Shown piece after piece: positions 61,546 through 64,000 of a stretch of DNA of 64,000 nt. The stretch lies in IMG/VR virus record IMGVR_UViG_3300045988_152430; one strand, 5' to 3'. Within the stretch, counting starts at the first letter, position 1, and each line of letters starts with the position of its first letter. The notes beneath the pieces were generated by a model. That model was not told the DNA's origin. It worked only from the letters and a program-made list of their open reading frames with translations, and made no database searches. The DNA is from a virus (taxonomy: Duplodnaviria > Heunggongvirae > Uroviricota > Caudoviricetes). The translations under genes and the position numbers were made by a program.

Positions 61546-63465
61546 ATGGAACAGTTCAATATCAATAAAGGGGTGACGATCAAGCCTGGGCTTGACGTGC
61601 TTCCCCCGCCAGTGACTGATGATGAATATCGCGCATTAATGGCCGGTGAGGACCGCTATCTGATGACGGAATCCAACACCCTGGAGGAAATCGAGGCTAC
61701 GTTCTTCTATGACACGCCGATCCACTGGTGTGCTACGGATTTACTGGAGGCGATTAGTTCTACTCGTTTGCAGTTACACAGGACCATGCAGGCATTTGTC
61801 CGGGCATTGAACCAGAAGCTGAATGGTACCGGAATCTCTGCGGGGAGTGATAAAACGGGGGATGTGGCCCAGAGCGGCGCGCGCGCGATCGGCGGCGCTG
61901 AAATTGGCCGGGCACGTAACGTTAACGGGCTGCCGGTCTTGCCAGCCATTATTCCGCTCAGTGATGGTCAGACTATCAGCATTCTGTTTCATAGCCCGAC
62001 AGCGGAAAACCGGATCACCAATAGCGATACGCTGGTTGCTTTCCAGTTCTTACTGAATAAAAAAGACGTTACTCACACCGTTGCTCCGATGAGTGGACGT
62101 GATATGACGTTGGCGCAGGTCACCATGAAACTTGCCAACCTTGCAGAGAAAAACTCGGCAAAATTCCAGCGTGCGCAGAAGAAGAAAAAAGCCCTTGTTG
62201 ATGAAATAACCCAACTACAGGCTGACAGTGACCAGAAAGAGGATGCCATGAGCGACCTCGCGGATCAGGTGGCAGCGGTAGAAGGGCAGAAGGCAGATCT
62301 GGAGCAGAAAATTAACGCTGTTGCATCGGAAGCGGATTCTCTTTATGAAGAGAATGAGCGTTTGCAGACGGAGATTGATCAGCTCAATCGCACTGGTGGG
62401 CGCGATACCATTGCTCCAGCGGGGATGACTGGTGGGCACTCTCGCGCGCTGACGGATCGCCTTGCCAGTATCAAAAATCGTATGCATATGGACGGGGAAG
62501 TGACGCTCAGTAATGGTGCATCAATGAAGCAATTCATTGAGGACGGCGAAGGGTATATCCAGTTAAGCGATTCGGATGGCAGCGTGTACATGATCAAGGC
62601 TAAATCCATACAGGGTGTGGACATGGCAGATGCGATCGGCAAGCTGTTTAAAGCCTATAAAGCGGGTAATGTATCGGAATACCTGGTCCAACCAGAAGAA
62701 CATAAACCGGAAAACGTCGAACCTGAACCAGCGGAGGATACCGGTAGCTTTTCGCCTGAACCAGAAGTCTCTGTAGGTGCATATCGATATGCCCTGCAAA
62801 TGCGTCCGGCGGCCCCTGGCGCAATACCTGAAGGTAACAAAGCAATTCTGCCGCGCCCTGATGAAGGTGACCCGTATTATGAATATGCACGCTACGGCAT
62901 TGCTACTTACGATACCCCGCTTTCTGATCAGCAAATGAGTGAGTACGACCTGAAGTTATTGCCTCGCGAGGATTCTTTCGACTTCCTGGCGAAGACACTT
63001 ACTAATGGTCCGTTTGGCAAATATGCACAAAAAGCTCTGGAGCTGGCCACCAGCTCACCAGACGAGTTCCGCGTAATGCTGAAAACTCAGTTTCAAAAAA
63101 CTTTCCCCAATATTGCGTTTCCGGGGGGCGCTGGCACCGAGAAAATGGTGCAGAGCATGATCAATGCATTGCAGGCCGAAGTCGGTGAGATTACTCAGCC
63201 AGAACCTGCCTCGGCACAGCCTGATGAAACGGTTAGCGAAGCAGATGCAGCGGCTAATAAAGCCATTGAATATCTCAATAACGTGATGGATATGCAAAGC
63301 ACTGACATGGCGGAGATCCGTAACGCCCGGGGCAATGTCCGGGAAGCGATTGCAGCCCTTCAGGCTGCCGGACGTTTTGAGGAAAACGAAGAGCTGGTTA
63401 ACGGCGCAGCTCGCCACCTGGCTGATCTGTTGGTAGCAATCCAGAAAGCGGGGGTAGCGGCATGA
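61546..63465 (+). CDS. darA: DarA-like capsid-packaged antirestriction protein candidate (639 aa)
   Basis: Large ORF after holin/antiholin and a small gene, the operon order recalled for P1 lydA-lydB-hdf-darA; acidic C-terminal third; no catalytic motif seen. Confidence 0.55.
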   Translation: MEQFNINKGVTIKPGLDVLPPPVTDDEYRALMAGEDRYLMTESNTLEEIEATFFYDTPIHWCATDLLEAISSTRLQLHRTMQAFVRALNQKLNGTGISAGSDKTGDVAQSGARAIGGAEIGRARNVNGLPVLPAIIPLSDGQTISILFHSPTAENRITNSDTLVAFQFLLNKKDVTHTVAPMSGRDMTLAQVTMKLANLAEKNSAKFQRAQKKKKALVDEITQLQADSDQKEDAMSDLADQVAAVEGQKADLEQKINAVASEADSLYEENERLQTEIDQLNRTGGRDTIAPAGMTGGHSRALTDRLASIKNRMHMDGEVTLSNGASMKQFIEDGEGYIQLSDSDGSVYMIKAKSIQGVDMADAIGKLFKAYKAGNVSEYLVQPEEHKPENVEPEPAEDTGSFSPEPEVSVGAYRYALQMRPAAPGAIPEGNKAILPRPDEGDPYYEYARYGIATYDTPLSDQQMSEYDLKLLPREDSFDFLAKTLTNGPFGKYAQKALELATSSPDEFRVMLKTQFQKTFPNIAFPGGAGTEKMVQSMINALQAEVGEITQPEPASAQPDETVSEADAAANKAIEYLNNVMDMQSTDMAEIRNARGNVREAIAALQAAGRFEENEELVNGAARHLADLLVAIQKAGVAA

Positions 63466-63827
63466 CACTATCAGCTATTGAGTTAATGGATCTCAGCGAT
63501 AAGTTGGATGCTCTGATGTCCAAAGCGGCGACCGCGAGTGGCATGGAGTTGCTGGATATCAGCGATGAAATTGACCAGATCATGCAACAGATGGGGTACG
63601 GCGCGTCCGGCGGTGGTAGTGGCGAGGAAAAACAACCTTCGGAACATGATGGTGTGCCAAAACTGGTTGCTGATTTCCTGGCTGATAAATTCGTCGATCA
63701 GAGCACCGATGCATTTATCGGTACCTTGCAGGATTTGAGTCAATATGTTGGCACATACATCGACCTGGACCAGGTTAAACAGCACACGGCGGCATGGATA
63801 GCCGCCAACATTAAAGAGGCAGCGTGA
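63462..63827 (+). CDS. Small acidic protein downstream of the DarA-like gene (possibly DdrA)
   Basis: 121 aa, overlapping start/stop with the preceding gene. Confidence 0.5.
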   Translation: MTLSAIELMDLSDKLDALMSKAATASGMELLDISDEIDQIMQQMGYGASGGGSGEEKQPSEHDGVPKLVADFLADKFVDQSTDAFIGTLQDLSQYVGTYIDLDQVKQHTAAWIAANIKEAA

Positions 63828-64000
63828 CATCCTCCACGCCCTTCGGGGTGTGGATTCCTGCTATGTTCAGGCTGTCGCCTGAATCATTTCGGAGGGTTCC
63901 TGCTTCAACGGGCGGTCTGACTGCACCATCCCTCCACAGGCAAGCACGGCGTGCCCCGCCGCTAAAATGTTACGAGCGCCGTTTACATCGGCGTTCGCTG

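Noticed and set aside
63828-64000. Possible 3' end of a minus-strand gene entering from the right edge (...[30 protein letters not shown]) and a GC hairpin after the last gene
   Set aside because: Too little sequence in the window to judge; the open frame is only about 40 codons and could be chance.

Overview
This window reads as a large segment of a P1-like phage-plasmid (temperate myovirus that lysogenises as a plasmid). Gene order and recognisable proteins match the P1 backbone: an early block of small minus-strand genes (1-12.3 kb), a baseplate operon (12.4-17.2 kb), the ban operon (DnaB-like helicase, SPFH lipoprotein, three tRNAs), dmt and an RdgC homologue, the plasmid maintenance module (oriR-incC-repA-incA-parA-parB-parS), head and tail genes, the lytic replicon and immunity region (repL, kilA, ant, icd, probable c4 RNA), Sit, baseplate and tail-fibre genes, and a holin/antiholin plus DarA-like operon. 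Repeated 17-bp C1-repressor-type operators and a recurring late-promoter motif are directly visible. Regions that do not fit the backbone, and are the best candidates for something undescribed, are: (1) an AT-rich three-gene cassette at 43.6-45.6 kb encoding a membrane protein, a secreted protein and an SH3b-domain repeat protein; (2) a hexapeptide acetyltransferase followed by about 1 kb of ORF-free, GC-rich, hairpin-dense DNA at 58.6-60.2 kb; (3) a family of long hairpins in the tRNA/ban operon leader; (4) a glycosyltransferase-like/phosphatase/tandem-paralogue cluster at 8.7-11.3 kb. Product names are from motif reading and recalled P1 biology, not database searches; coordinates of non-CDS features are approximate (+/- 2 nt).
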